The notes under the pieces: generated by a model
Seen by the model: the letters and a program-made list of their open reading frames with translations, nothing else
Told to the model about the DNA's origin: nothing
Databases searched by the model: none
Made by a program: the position numbers and the translations under genes
Virus record (IMG/VR): IMGVR_UViG_3300010234_000013
Coordinates: 1 to 59,356 of that record
Strand: one strand, 5' to 3'
DNA from: a virus
Taxonomy: Duplodnaviria > Caudoviricetes
DNA: 59,356 nucleotides
Part shown: positions 1 to 9,723 of the stretch, piece by piece
How positions within the stretch are numbered: position 1 is the stretch's first letter
How the letters are laid out: every line of letters starts with the position of its first letter

Positions 1-213
1 CGGGGCAAGGGTCAACGGATGATGTCACAATCAAAAATGATGCTGATGCAACGGTGGTTAATATACCAACAGGCACAACAAATGTAAATGTGGTAGGGAA
101 TATATCCGTTGGTGGAACGGTAGACGGAATAGATGTTGCAACAGATGTAGCAGCGAACACGGCAAAAGTAAGTGCAGATGGAAGTATTACTTCTCATAGT
201 GATGTGGTATCGG
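1..213 (+). repeat. Imperfect terminal direct repeat, copy 1 (copy 2 at 59144-59356)
   Basis: First 55 nt identical; 13 substitutions counted by eye over 213 nt. Confidence 0.95.
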
Positions 214-3200
214 CAACCAATACAGATAAATTTGTATTGGCAGCAAACGGAACAACAGGATATGTAGGAAGGGCATTGGTGGAGGCTGATATATCAGACT
301 TATCGCATACCGCCAACACGGATGCTCAAGATTTAACTTTAGTTGGAAATACTCTTGCAGTATCAGGCGATCCAAACACGGATGTTGACGTATCAACAGC
401 AACGGCAGTATCGGCAAACACATCAAAGGTTACAGAATCAACAACGGTTTCGGATGCTGCAAATGGATTAGACATTACCTTATCCACTTATGATGTATCA
501 GTTGCACTAGACCCAAGTGAAGCAGCAGGGCAAGCACCAGACTTGGCAGATATATTAATAGTTGAAGACGTAACCGATGGTGGTATTCATAGTGCTACAT
601 TAACACAGATACAAACCCTTATAGATACAGACACACAATTATCAGATGCAGCGGTCAAAACTGCTTATGAAAATAATGCCAATACTAACGAGTTTGACGA
701 TACAGAACAAACCAAGTTAGCAGGAATTGAAACGGCAGCAGACGTAACCGATGAAGCCAATGTAGTATCATCATTAGATGGTGCAACTTTAACGGGCGTA
801 ACGGTAGCAGGAACAGACAAAGTACTTGTGCAAGATGTTGATGATTCTGACAACATTAAAACGGTAACGGCTCAAAGTATAGCTGATTTAAGTACAAGTG
901 GAATTGCTAATGTTGTAGAAGATGCAACGCCTCAATTGGGTGGAATGTTGGACGTAAATGGTAATGCTATTGGAGATGGAACATTAGAACTTGTTAAGTT
1001 TACCGAAACAGGATCAGCGGTCAATGAAGTAACTATAACAAATGCTGCAACGGCAGGTGATCCAAGTATAACAGCAAGTGGAGATGATGCGAATATAGAC
1101 TTAACACTTGATGCAAAGGGTACAGGAGTCGTTAAAACACTATCAAGCGACTTGGACATAACAGGCAATATAGTTGTTAGCGGAACAGTGGATGGTATAG
1201 ATATAGCAACAGACGTAGCAGCCAACACAGCAAAAACAAGTAATGCAAATCACACAGGCGATGTAACAGGGGCCACAGCATTAACTATAGCAGTCGATGC
1301 AGTAGATATACCTATGTTATCAGCAACAGGAACAGCGGATGGCACGACATATTTAAGAGGTGATGGCACATGGACGGTTCCAAGCGGATCAGGTGATGTT
1401 TCTAAAGTAGGCACCCCTGTAAATAATCAGGTGGGTGTTTGGACGGGAGATGGCACCTTGGAAGGTGATGCTAGTTTAGTTTTTGATGGCACAAGTTTGG
1501 GTATAGGGTCTACGGCATCAACAGCAACGGTGGAAATCAAAAAAGACAGCTTAGATCATGGCTTAATAGTTACGGGTCATGATGATGTTACTTTGTTGAA
1601 GGTGGATAGTGTGGGCAAGGTGGGAATAGGGGTGGCAGGATCGCCAAATGCACCCCTAGAAGTAATAGGGCTTACTGGCCTTAATGTTGGGATATTCCAA
1701 TCAACAGGGGCAACAGGAAGATTGGTTGTCTCCACAATTGGCGATACAACAAATAATAATTCGGGTATTGATCTTAATTCTGCTGATGGTTCTAGGTATT
1801 ATTCTATTGCATCATATCAAGGGAATAGTGGATACCAAGATTTTACGTTTTTTAATAACCAAACTAATAATGCATCAATGTTTATTAATGGTGATGATGA
1901 TAATGTGGGAATAAACACCACCACCCCTACAGCCCAACTAGAAATCAAAAAAGACAGCCTGGATCATGGGCTAATGGTTACAGGGCATGACGATGTCACT
2001 TTGTTGAAGGTGGATAGTGTTGGAAAGGTAACTGTGACTAAGGAGTTATCATTTGATAAAGCCACCGCTCCGTTTAAAACATCTTTTGAAGCAGGGGGCA
2101 GTGGAAATGCTAATTTTATTGCAAATCATGATAGTGATGTGCAAGATAATTCAGCATATAGTTCTTGGATGTTACAATTGGCCCCAAATAAAGCAATAGA
2201 CGATATGTCTATTAAAAGGAAAACGGCAGGAGGTGGAGGTTTTACTACATTTTTTATGATTGATAGTTCTGGGAATGCAGGAATAGGAACTACCACATCA
2301 CCTACAGCCCAACTAGAAATCAAAAAAGACAGTCTAGATCACGGGCTAATCGTAACGGGCCACGACGATGCTACCTTGTTTAAGGTGGATAGTGTGGGGA
2401 AGGTGGGAATAGGAACAAACTCACCTAATCAATTATTCCATGTAAATGGTGGTAACTTTAAAGTGGAGGGTGCATCAGGTGATAATATGATCAATGAGTT
2501 TTGGGGGGATTTGGCTGTATTTCTTAGAACTTATGATTCGGGTGGTGGTACTGATACAAAGTATATTGATATAATAAATGATGGTGGTGCCTTTTATTTG
2601 AGGCAACTAAATGACAACCAAACTGTAAAAAATGATGCATTAACAATTGCTACAGATGGCGATTTGGGCATAGGCACGTCTTCACCTACAGCAGAACTAG
2701 ACATTTTAACTACAGCACTTAACGATCACCTTAATATGAAAGCAACAGCCGAACAGGGAAGGTCTACTATAATTATTACCTCTGATACTTCAAAATATGC
2801 AAGAACGGTATTTAAACAAGGCGACAAATATCGTCGCGAGATAGGTTTTGGAGACGAAGACACAGGGAGCTTACATATTGGGAATAATAGCATGGCAGCT
2901 AAGTATTTAACACTAGATAGTTCAGGTAATATGGGTGTTGGCACTACATCTCCCTCTGAATTATTAGACGTAAACGGTAACGGAAGGTTCAGAAGTATAG
3001 GTTCTGGAACATCGTCAGGAGCACTACATTATGAATCAGATGGAACACTAACCACCAACACTTCAGATAGAAGATTGAAAAGAAACATATCTGAAATCGA
3101 CAGCACAGACGCCCTTGATAAACTATTACAACTAAAACCAAGTAGATTTAAATGGAAAGAGTCCTCTAAAATAATGAGAGACTCTTCATTAATAAATAAT

Positions 3201-3590
3201 CTAAAGTCGGAATATGCAGAAATTGAATCATCACTTGCTACAGGGTCTGGAAGTTTACTGCCCTCTGAAATACAAGAACTAGAAGCAAGAAAAGAAGAAG
3301 TATTAAAAGAAGCTGATTCATATAGATCAACTAATAAAAAAAGGTTTGCAAATTCTGATCGTTGGAATTTAGGATTCATAGCACAAGATGTAGCAGAAGT
3401 GATCCCACAGGCAGTAGGCAGAAGTGAGAATGGTATGCTATTCCTGCATAGCGATCAATTTCACGCTATCACAATATCAGCCATGAAAGAACAGCAAAGA
3501 CAAATAGAAGAACTAAAAGCAGAAAATGCATCACAACAGATATTAATAGGGCAGATGTTATTAAGATTAGATGCATTGGAAAATCCTTAA
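1..3590 (+). CDS. C-terminal part of giant tail fibre/adhesin with peptidase S74 intramolecular chaperone (frame open at window start)
   Basis: VGIGT-type repeats, three internal repeats, SDRRLKRNI cleavage motif, LGFIAQDV and a terminal coiled coil typical of S74; same reading frame and sequence as the ORF running off the window end. Confidence 0.85.
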   Translation, partial: GQGSTDDVTIKNDADATVVNIPTGTTNVNVVGNISVGGTVDGIDVATDVAANTAKVSADGSITSHSDVVSATNTDKFVLAANGTTGYVGRALVEADISDLSHTANTDAQDLTLVGNTLAVSGDPNTDVDVSTATAVSANTSKVTESTTVSDAANGLDITLSTYDVSVALDPSEAAGQAPDLADILIVEDVTDGGIHSATLTQIQTLIDTDTQLSDAAVKTAYENNANTNEFDDTEQTKLAGIETAADVTDEANVVSSLDGATLTGVTVAGTDKVLVQDVDDSDNIKTVTAQSIADLSTSGIANVVEDATPQLGGMLDVNGNAIGDGTLELVKFTETGSAVNEVTITNAATAGDPSITASGDDANIDLTLDAKGTGVVKTLSSDLDITGNIVVSGTVDGIDIATDVAANTAKTSNANHTGDVTGATALTIAVDAVDIPMLSATGTADGTTYLRGDGTWTVPSGSGDVSKVGTPVNNQVGVWTGDGTLEGDASLVFDGTSLGIGSTASTATVEIKKDSLDHGLIVTGHDDVTLLKVDSVGKVGIGVAGSPNAPLEVIGLTGLNVGIFQSTGATGRLVVSTIGDTTNNNSGIDLNSADGSRYYSIASYQGNSGYQDFTFFNNQTNNASMFINGDDDNVGINTTTPTAQLEIKKDSLDHGLMVTGHDDVTLLKVDSVGKVTVTKELSFDKATAPFKTSFEAGGSGNANFIANHDSDVQDNSAYSSWMLQLAPNKAIDDMSIKRKTAGGGGFTTFFMIDSSGNAGIGTTTSPTAQLEIKKDSLDHGLIVTGHDDATLFKVDSVGKVGIGTNSPNQLFHVNGGNFKVEGASGDNMINEFWGDLAVFLRTYDSGGGTDTKYIDIINDGGAFYLRQLNDNQTVKNDALTIATDGDLGIGTSSPTAELDILTTALNDHLNMKATAEQGRSTIIITSDTSKYARTVFKQGDKYRREIGFGDEDTGSLHIGNNSMAAKYLTLDSSGNMGVGTTSPSELLDVNGNGRFRSIGSGTSSGALHYESDGTLTTNTSDRRLKRNISEIDSTDALDKLLQLKPSRFKWKESSKIMRDSSLINNLKSEYAEIESSLATGSGSLLPSEIQELEARKEEVLKEADSYRSTNKKRFANSDRWNLGFIAQDVAEVIPQAVGRSENGMLFLHSDQFHAITISAMKEQQRQIEELKAENASQQILIGQMLLRLDALENP
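1533..2410 (+). repeat. Three intragenic ~90-nt repeats (EIKKDSLDHGLxVTGHDDxTLxKVDSVGKV)
   Basis: Copies start at about 1533, 1941 and 2316, separated by unrelated spacer modules. Confidence 0.9.
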
Positions 3591-3687
3591 CAAGAAAAAT
3601 TCGGCAACAATTAACTTTAGGAATTCAACACAATTTAAACCACCCTTTATAAAATTTAATTTAATGGTTATAAAGGCAATCGAATTC

Positions 3688-3924
3688 ATGGAAGATATTA
3701 AAGTTATAATTGGAATAATTGGAACATTTTTGGTTACTGGTGCTGGTTTAATTTTTGGTGCAGGAAAAGTATTTCAAAGGATGAAAAGTAATGATGAAAG
3801 AATTGGTTCTGTTGAAAAAGATGTAGACGAACTAAAAGGTGACGTTGCTACAATGAAAGGTCAATTTTCACAAATACTGCTCAACCAGGAAACCATGTTG
3901 GATTTTCTAAAAGATGGAAAGTAA
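3688..3924 (+). CDS. Small membrane protein with coiled coil (holin/XhlA-like)
   Basis: N-terminal TM IIGIIGTFLVTGAGLIFGAG then coiled coil; start of lysis region. Confidence 0.5.
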   Translation: MEDIKVIIGIIGTFLVTGAGLIFGAGKVFQRMKSNDERIGSVEKDVDELKGDVATMKGQFSQILLNQETMLDFLKDGK

Positions 3925-4005
3925 CATGAATGATTATTAATTAGACATATATTAAAAATAATATTAATATCTTAGAAGTATACTAATCAAACGTTATAAA
4001 CCAAT

Positions 4006-4266
4006 GTGATGAATAAAAAGCATTATTTCGTTGATCTGTATTTTATAATTGTTATATCATTTTCGTTGGTCTGTTTATCATTTGCGGCTCAGAATAGTCA
4101 ACCGGACATCATATTTAATCACTTTCCGGATGGTACAACACAAATGCATTTTAACAAGCACAGTTTAACGGAAGAAGAGGCATTGGATGTGATGACAAGA
4201 TTTATAATAAAGCGTGAAAGAGGTGATCTATTTGACGAAGAAAAGAAGAAAATAAAGAATTTTTAA
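4006..4266 (+). CDS. Hypothetical protein with signal peptide or N-terminal TM
   Basis: Hydrophobic N-terminus ending SFAAQ. Confidence 0.5.
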   Translation: MMNKKHYFVDLYFIIVISFSLVCLSFAAQNSQPDIIFNHFPDGTTQMHFNKHSLTEEEALDVMTRFIIKRERGDLFDEEKKKIKNF

Positions 4267-4287
4267 CTTATCAAAATAAAGTAAATT

Positions 4288-4626
4288 ATGTTACAAGGAT
4301 TTTCAATTGCAGCAATAGCAGTCTTATTGTTTATTGGGTACAAAATTTGGGATGACTCAAGAATTAAAACAAAAGAACTTAGTCCAGGAGCCGAAAAAGC
4401 AAAGGCGTTGTTGACACAAATTTCGGTAATACTTGCATCAATAGTGTCGCTGAATCTATTTGGTCAAATACCATTTGTTGATAAATTGGTTTCTAGTTTG
4501 GGGTTTGTGGTTGATAGTTTTGACAATGCCTATGATCTTGGTGTTCAAATAATTGCTGTAGTTATTTCTTTTTACAAAATATGGAAACCAGCAGTTGAGG
4601 TCGAATTAAAGGCTAAAGGTCTTTAG
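4288..4626 (+). CDS. Putative holin
   Basis: 2-3 hydrophobic segments, directly upstream of endolysin. Confidence 0.55.
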   Translation: MLQGFSIAAIAVLLFIGYKIWDDSRIKTKELSPGAEKAKALLTQISVILASIVSLNLFGQIPFVDKLVSSLGFVVDSFDNAYDLGVQIIAVVISFYKIWKPAVEVELKAKGL

Positions 4627-4642
4627 TATACGGTTATAACGT

Positions 4643-5170
4643 ATGGCGTCATTACAGCAGCAAATATACACTGTAGCCAAGTCTTTTAATGGGTTACGGG
4701 AAATAAAAGGACATCTAGATAATGGCTTTTTGGTAAGTATAATTGTTTGGGCCTTACCTTTTGTAAGAGGACAAAATGATATAGATGGAAGATATGCTTA
4801 TTGTGGCATATTTTTAGGCCATATCTGCAAATCTATAGGCAAAGAACATCTATTACCAAATAAGTTTTATCGTGCGAGGAATTGGCTTAATGTGGGTATT
4901 AATATAAACCTGGAAGAAGCGCAGAAAGGCGACTTTGTAATCTTTTACAGGGGCCACAAAGATGGAAGGATGGGCCATGTATCATTATATGAATCACATG
5001 ACAAGGAATTCATAAGATGTTTTGGTGCAAATCAAAGCAATGCAATAAGAAGTAGCAATTATAGAAAGGATAGATTGTTAGGTGTAAGGCGAATGGTAGA
5101 TGTAAAGTCTTATTTCCTGCCTGATAGCAAATCCAGTGTATTGAGTAAGCTATTAAAGAAGTATATATGA
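4643..5170 (+). CDS. Endolysin, NlpC/P60-CHAP superfamily (TIGR02594-like)
   Basis: Catalytic Cys in YCGIF, ARNWL, GDFVIF, GHV, GANQSN. Confidence 0.8.
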   Translation: MASLQQQIYTVAKSFNGLREIKGHLDNGFLVSIIVWALPFVRGQNDIDGRYAYCGIFLGHICKSIGKEHLLPNKFYRARNWLNVGININLEEAQKGDFVIFYRGHKDGRMGHVSLYESHDKEFIRCFGANQSNAIRSSNYRKDRLLGVRRMVDVKSYFLPDSKSSVLSKLLKKYI

Positions 5171-6201
5171 GTGATGAATTTCCAATAAAAAGTCCACCAT
5201 TAAGGGTAGTGCAGAAAGATGTGATATTACCTAAATCTGCAAACCCAATATATGATGAAGGAGCAAGGCTATTGGGTATTGAAAAATATCACAAGCTCTA
5301 TGAGTTGATGGGCGAAGGAAAGACTTATGTGATAATGGATGACGGACATAATAAGCATGGTAACTTAAGTGATCCGATAGAAATAATAGCCTATGGATTT
5401 GGGAATACAGATACACCCTCCGGACATGGTAATTCCACCAATGGAATAATAGGAATGATAGGAAATCCAATCTTGGGGCCTATATCAAAAGGAAAAACAG
5501 TTCACAAAAAAGTACTTGGCGTAAATGGTGGTTCGCCAAATCAGATCAACAAAGCGTTTATAGATTTTCTTAATAGCGAACATGTATATGCAAATGCTTC
5601 TTTTGGTGCAAGTGGTAGTTTTTCGCACAAGCCCACTGAAGAAACTTTAAAGAAAATAAAGGCTGCAAACAAGATTGTATGCGTGGCATCGGGAAATGAA
5701 TATGATGACAAGGTTGGGTGGCCTGCAAATAGTCCATATGTATTTGCAATAGGATCTGTAGACTTTGACGAAAATCATGCATTGTATTCTAATTCTGGTG
5801 ATGATTTGGATTTTGTTATTTATGGCAGTAACATATTGGCTCCAAATAAATCGGGAGGTCATGATAAAATAACAGGCACATCCGCTGCTTGTCCTTATGC
5901 ATTGGCATGTATAATGGCATACCACGAATACTTTGAAAGGCTTTTCAAATACACTCCTGGATGGCAGGAAACCTATGACATATTAAAATGCTATGCAAAG
6001 GACTTAAGGGATCTTGGATATGACTTCAAAACAGGACATGGACTAATTACTTTAAGAGGTATAGACGATAAATTTAGGAAGTATATTTTGGATTATGGGC
6101 GTAAGGATTTAGCCAAAATGTTGGATGACAAGTCTTTAGAAGATGTAGTAGAAGAAATAAACAAGAAACCACCAAATACTAAAAAAAAAAGAATTGGCTG
6201 A
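5167..6201 (+). CDS. Subtilisin-family (S8) serine protease without signal peptide
   Basis: Triad motifs IMDDG, HGNST, GTSAACP; oxyanion ASGN; GHGLI. Confidence 0.9.
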   Translation: MSDEFPIKSPPLRVVQKDVILPKSANPIYDEGARLLGIEKYHKLYELMGEGKTYVIMDDGHNKHGNLSDPIEIIAYGFGNTDTPSGHGNSTNGIIGMIGNPILGPISKGKTVHKKVLGVNGGSPNQINKAFIDFLNSEHVYANASFGASGSFSHKPTEETLKKIKAANKIVCVASGNEYDDKVGWPANSPYVFAIGSVDFDENHALYSNSGDDLDFVIYGSNILAPNKSGGHDKITGTSAACPYALACIMAYHEYFERLFKYTPGWQETYDILKCYAKDLRDLGYDFKTGHGLITLRGIDDKFRKYILDYGRKDLAKMLDDKSLEDVVEEINKKPPNTKKKRIG

Positions 6202-6235
6202 ATAGATTTTTTGAAGCTATTAAAAACTTCTTTTC

Positions 6236-6535
6236 ATGAGTGTATTTATAGAATTTCTTTGGAATGTAATGATTGCAACCGGAAGCTTAACTTTTGTCGC
6301 TGTTGATGATTACCTGGATCCTATAGGAATAGAAATAAGGATAACAGATGAAGATGATTTTTTGAAGTTAAAACCTAACACTTTATATGCTGTAAAGGAT
6401 GGCGATGATTCCAACAATGCGGAATGGCGAATGGATGGCTTATATCAATTCAGTGGCCAAGAAATTACAACCATGTCATTAGGCCAATTCAATTTCCATA
6501 TAGATGAAAATATAGAAGCATTTCACAAATACTAA
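6236..6535 (+). CDS. Hypothetical protein
   Basis: ORF in operon context. Confidence 0.55.
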   Translation: MSVFIEFLWNVMIATGSLTFVAVDDYLDPIGIEIRITDEDDFLKLKPNTLYAVKDGDDSNNAEWRMDGLYQFSGQEITTMSLGQFNFHIDENIEAFHKY

Positions 6536-6539
6536 AACG

Positions 6540-7019
6540 GTGGAAGAGATAGGAATAATGGAAGGGAGATATAAATTACCAGAATTCAAACATGTATTGC
6601 TGCTGTTTTTTCTATTTGTGGTATACCTGGAATGTACAGGCCAAGAATACATCAATCCGAATTATGAATTGATCGATGGCAAATATTATCTAAAGTCAAC
6701 TGAAGCTGAAAAGATAACAGCTAAAGGATGGATAGATGTATTAACACCAATTGCAAGAGGCATCAACAATGCAATGAATGACAACGAAAATGGTCTTATA
6801 CAAGCTGAAAAAGCCGAAAAAATAAATACCTCAAATAATAAAAAAATCGGGAAACAACTAATAGACATTAAAGAGAAATACAATTCAGATAAATACGATT
6901 GGTTTGAATACATATATCTAAAATCTCACCTCCTACAAATATCTATTGAAGAAGTAATTAAACAAGAAGCATTAGCACATAAAATGCGAATTATGGTAGA
7001 ACCCCACTATCATAATTGA
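6540..7019 (+). CDS. Hypothetical secreted protein
   Basis: Hydrophobic stretch HVLLLFFLFVVYLECTG followed by Q. Confidence 0.55.
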   Translation: MEEIGIMEGRYKLPEFKHVLLLFFLFVVYLECTGQEYINPNYELIDGKYYLKSTEAEKITAKGWIDVLTPIARGINNAMNDNENGLIQAEKAEKINTSNNKKIGKQLIDIKEKYNSDKYDWFEYIYLKSHLLQISIEEVIKQEALAHKMRIMVEPHYHN

Positions 7020-7045
7020 TAATTATTTAAAATAAAACTGTACGA

Positions 7046-8137
7046 ATGAGTGGTAGGTTAAGAGCTGACTTGCATCCTAATTTTAAAGGACATCCGTTAC
7101 TGAGAAAGGTTAGAGAAGAATTGTCAAAGCGAAACCCTGATGACCTTGCTCACATGCTTTTTGACTTGGTTGGTGACCATGAGGCTCTTGCTAAATACTG
7201 TGAAAAAGAAGGAATACCAATAAGCTCTGTAAATCACTATTGGCACAAAGGGAAGCAGTTTAGCGTATTTTCTAAGACTAGACCAATAAATTATTTTGAT
7301 GTAAGGGATGACATTATTGCGGAGATGAAAGAATATGCTCCTGTGTATCAGCCTATAACAAGAGAAGAAAAGAATGATCCGCACTTGCTTGTAATAGACC
7401 CCTCAGATGTTCATATCGGTAAACTATCTACCGTATTTGAAACTGGCGATGAATACGATATTGATATAGCTGTAAAAAGAGTATTAGAGGGTGTGCGTGG
7501 ATTGATAAATGAGTCTTCTCACAAGAATATAGAAAAGATATTATTCATTGGTGGCAACGATATATTACATACGGACACGGCAAAAGGTACGACAACTTCG
7601 GGAACATCTTTGGACACAGCAGGTATGTGGCATACTAATTTTATTGAAGGCAGAAAGTTATATGTTAAGGTAATAGAATTGCTTCTTCAGGTAGCCGATG
7701 TGCATGTTCTGTTTAATCCTAGTAACCATGACTTTCTGACTGGATTTTTCTTGTGTGATACGATAGCATCGTGGTTTAGAAACAATGACAATGTCACTTT
7801 TGATGTAGACATGAGACATAGAAAATATTTTAAGTATCATGATAATTTAATAGGGTCTACACACGGAGATGGAGCAAAGCAAGCTGACCTTCCATTGCTG
7901 ATGGCTAACGAATGTAGGTTCTGGAGCGAAACCCCCAAGAGGTACATATACGGTCACCACGTTCACCACAAAACAAGCAAGGATTACATAGGGGTCACCT
8001 ACGAAACACTAAGAAGCTCAAGCGGTACGGACGGGTGGCATTGTCGTAAGGGATTCACAGGGGTTCCAAAAGCAATAGAGGGATTTATTCACCATCCTAT
8101 TAACGGTCAGGTTAGTAGGCTAACACATTATTTCTAG
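7046..8137 (+). CDS. Calcineurin-like metallophosphoesterase
   Basis: SDVHIG, GNDILH, SNHD, THGD, GHHVHH motifs. Confidence 0.85.
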   Translation: MSGRLRADLHPNFKGHPLLRKVREELSKRNPDDLAHMLFDLVGDHEALAKYCEKEGIPISSVNHYWHKGKQFSVFSKTRPINYFDVRDDIIAEMKEYAPVYQPITREEKNDPHLLVIDPSDVHIGKLSTVFETGDEYDIDIAVKRVLEGVRGLINESSHKNIEKILFIGGNDILHTDTAKGTTTSGTSLDTAGMWHTNFIEGRKLYVKVIELLLQVADVHVLFNPSNHDFLTGFFLCDTIASWFRNNDNVTFDVDMRHRKYFKYHDNLIGSTHGDGAKQADLPLLMANECRFWSETPKRYIYGHHVHHKTSKDYIGVTYETLRSSSGTDGWHCRKGFTGVPKAIEGFIHHPINGQVSRLTHYF

Positions 8138-8139
8138 AT

Positions 8140-8568
8140 ATGGATAGAAACGAAAGGCAACGGAAAAGGAGGCGTGGAAACAATAATTTTCATACAAAGA
8201 AATATGAAAAGACGAAAAATGGGTTTTTGATGAGGGCGTATAGAAACATGTTAAGTCGTGTAAGAGGTGTTACTAAAAATAAAAATCATTTGTATTTGGG
8301 ATTGGAAATATTGCACAAGAAAGATTTTTATGCTTTTTCTCTTGCAGACAACAACTTTCATAAACTGTTTTATGTGTGGGAAAATTCAGGCCACGAAAGA
8401 CGATTAACACCAAGCATAGATAGAATAGATTCTAAGCTTGGGTACACGTTGGATAATATGCAATGGATAGCGTTTAGTGATAATTGTAGGAAAACAAGCA
8501 GAAACCTTGTGTATAGAAAAGTTAGATTTACGGAAAGCCTGGATTATATCGGCAAATCCACCTGCTGA
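8140..8568 (+). CDS. HNH-like endonuclease
   Basis: [20 protein letters not shown]...N motif. Confidence 0.7.
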   Translation: MDRNERQRKRRRGNNNFHTKKYEKTKNGFLMRAYRNMLSRVRGVTKNKNHLYLGLEILHKKDFYAFSLADNNFHKLFYVWENSGHERRLTPSIDRIDSKLGYTLDNMQWIAFSDNCRKTSRNLVYRKVRFTESLDYIGKSTC

Positions 8569-8696
8569 AGTAAATCATTAGAAACGTGAGTGTAAATCTC
8601 TGTAGTCTTACTGGACTTGTGACCAAGTAGTTTTTGAACTATTCTCAAATTGGTTCCGTTTTCAATTAAAGCTGTAGCGTTAGAATGCCTTAACAT
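8544..8696 (-). pseudogene. C-terminal remnant (50 aa) of XerD/IntI-like tyrosine recombinase
   Basis: Manual translation [39 protein letters not shown]; RHS, LLGH and catalytic Y present, N-terminus replaced by attC-like hairpin. Confidence 0.85.
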
Positions 8697-8819
8697 CGGC
8701 TATAAAATCATTTCCTTGTGTATAGTTTTTATCCATTTTCTTTATATGTTTTTTGAACGTGTATAGTTATTAGCGTTTTCTTTACATATCGGCAACGCTT
8801 CGTAGCCAAAACGTTAGCG
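8688..8819 (+). mobile_element. attC-like recombination site 1
   Basis: TAAC(8691)-atc-GGCTAT ... GTAGCC-aaaac-GTTA(8813) imperfect hairpin. Confidence 0.7.
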
Positions 8820-9068
8820 GTTATTGCACTCGGTTAGATAATCTTGTATCTGTTTATCACAACTGAGCAAGTACATTAACTCTATTTCATTATCAGTTAA
8901 CCCACTTTCATTTTTACCGCCATCTTTTTCAATAAGCATCGAGTACAGCCTTCTTTTAGCAAGCAACAAACCGCTAACATTATCTAAACCCAATAAGGGT
9001 GTAGTGCTATTTGATGTGGTTGTTTCTTGATTTTCATCGTACATACTTAGTTTTTTAAAGTTTTTCAT
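8814..9068 (-). CDS. Cassette-borne hypothetical protein
   Basis: Starts inside attC-like site 2, stop codon lies in core of site 1. Confidence 0.65.
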   Translation of the reverse strand: MKNFKKLSMYDENQETTTSNSTTPLLGLDNVSGLLLAKRRLYSMLIEKDGGKNESGLTDNEIELMYLLSCDKQIQDYLTECNNR

Positions 9069-9101
9069 AATCCCTTACTGTGTTTAGATTTAGCGTTAAA
9101 G
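8969..9101 (+). mobile_element. attC-like recombination site 2
   Basis: AACCGCTAAC-att-ATCTAAAC..AATAAGGG ... CCCTTACT..GTTTAGAT-ttagc-GTTA(9095); AACCGCTAAC is the exact reverse complement of GTTAGCGGTT at 8813. Confidence 0.8.
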
Positions 9102-9155
9102 CGCAATGCACCCAATAAGGTATAATCTCCTTCAGATCAATATCCAATGTACCTT

Positions 9156-9348
9156 TTAGGGTATAACTGGCAATTCCTCAACTTCCTGGATAAAATTATT
9201 TATCGTTTGCTTTAATTTTTGATGCTGTTCTCTTTCCATAGTTTTATCTAAAAGGGTTTTGTTTTTTTGTATTCTGCCGTATATGCAACATGCTTCGCAA
9301 TTCACCTTTGGCCCTTTCCCATGCCATTAATTTTAATATTCCTTCCAT
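9156..9348 (-). pseudogene. Possibly frameshifted small gene (MEGILKLMAWERAKGELRSMLH.../...MEREQHQKLKQTINNFIQEVEE)
   Basis: Start overlaps upstream stop; two short protein-like frames join near 9280. Confidence 0.3.
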
Positions 9349-9695
9349 TATGATTTTTCTGATTTTACGCTCCTGGTTTCAAAATAATTCTTGTACTCCG
9401 GATGCATATATTCAAAATAACGTGCATAAGAAGCTGTGTAATCGTTGTTAATCTTGTATCCGTCCGTACTTAAGGTTTTGATGTAATGGCTTGCTCTCAA
9501 GTACTCTATTATCATTTTGCTTGATAGCCTTTTTGCTCCTTTTTCAATAAGCTGCAAAGCCAATTTTTCAAATTCTTCATATACGTGTTTATTGTCAAGA
9601 TGAAATTTCCACATCCTTTCTTTAGCGGATAATTTTATGTTGTTTCTTTTTGACAAAATGTTGTTTATGAAAACAAGAACGATGCTGTTATACAC
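9348..9695 (-). CDS. Conserved-looking phage hypothetical protein
   Basis: FHxxNxHVY...SSKMIIEYLR...KINNDY pattern. Confidence 0.6.
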   Translation of the reverse strand: MYNSIVLVFINNILSKRNNIKLSAKERMWKFHLDNKHVYEEFEKLALQLIEKGAKRLSSKMIIEYLRASHYIKTLSTDGYKINNDYTASYARYFEYMHPEYKNYFETRSVKSEKS

Positions 9696-9723
9696 CGTTC
9701 CTGCTCACTTGAAAAATGGCTGA

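Noticed and set aside
1-213. Terminal repeat pair as DGR template/variable repeat
   Set aside because: Differences are nearly all synonymous, not adenine-specific, and no reverse transcriptase is visible.
3603-3645. GGCAACAAT as an additional late promoter
   Set aside because: No TAnnTTYG at +32.
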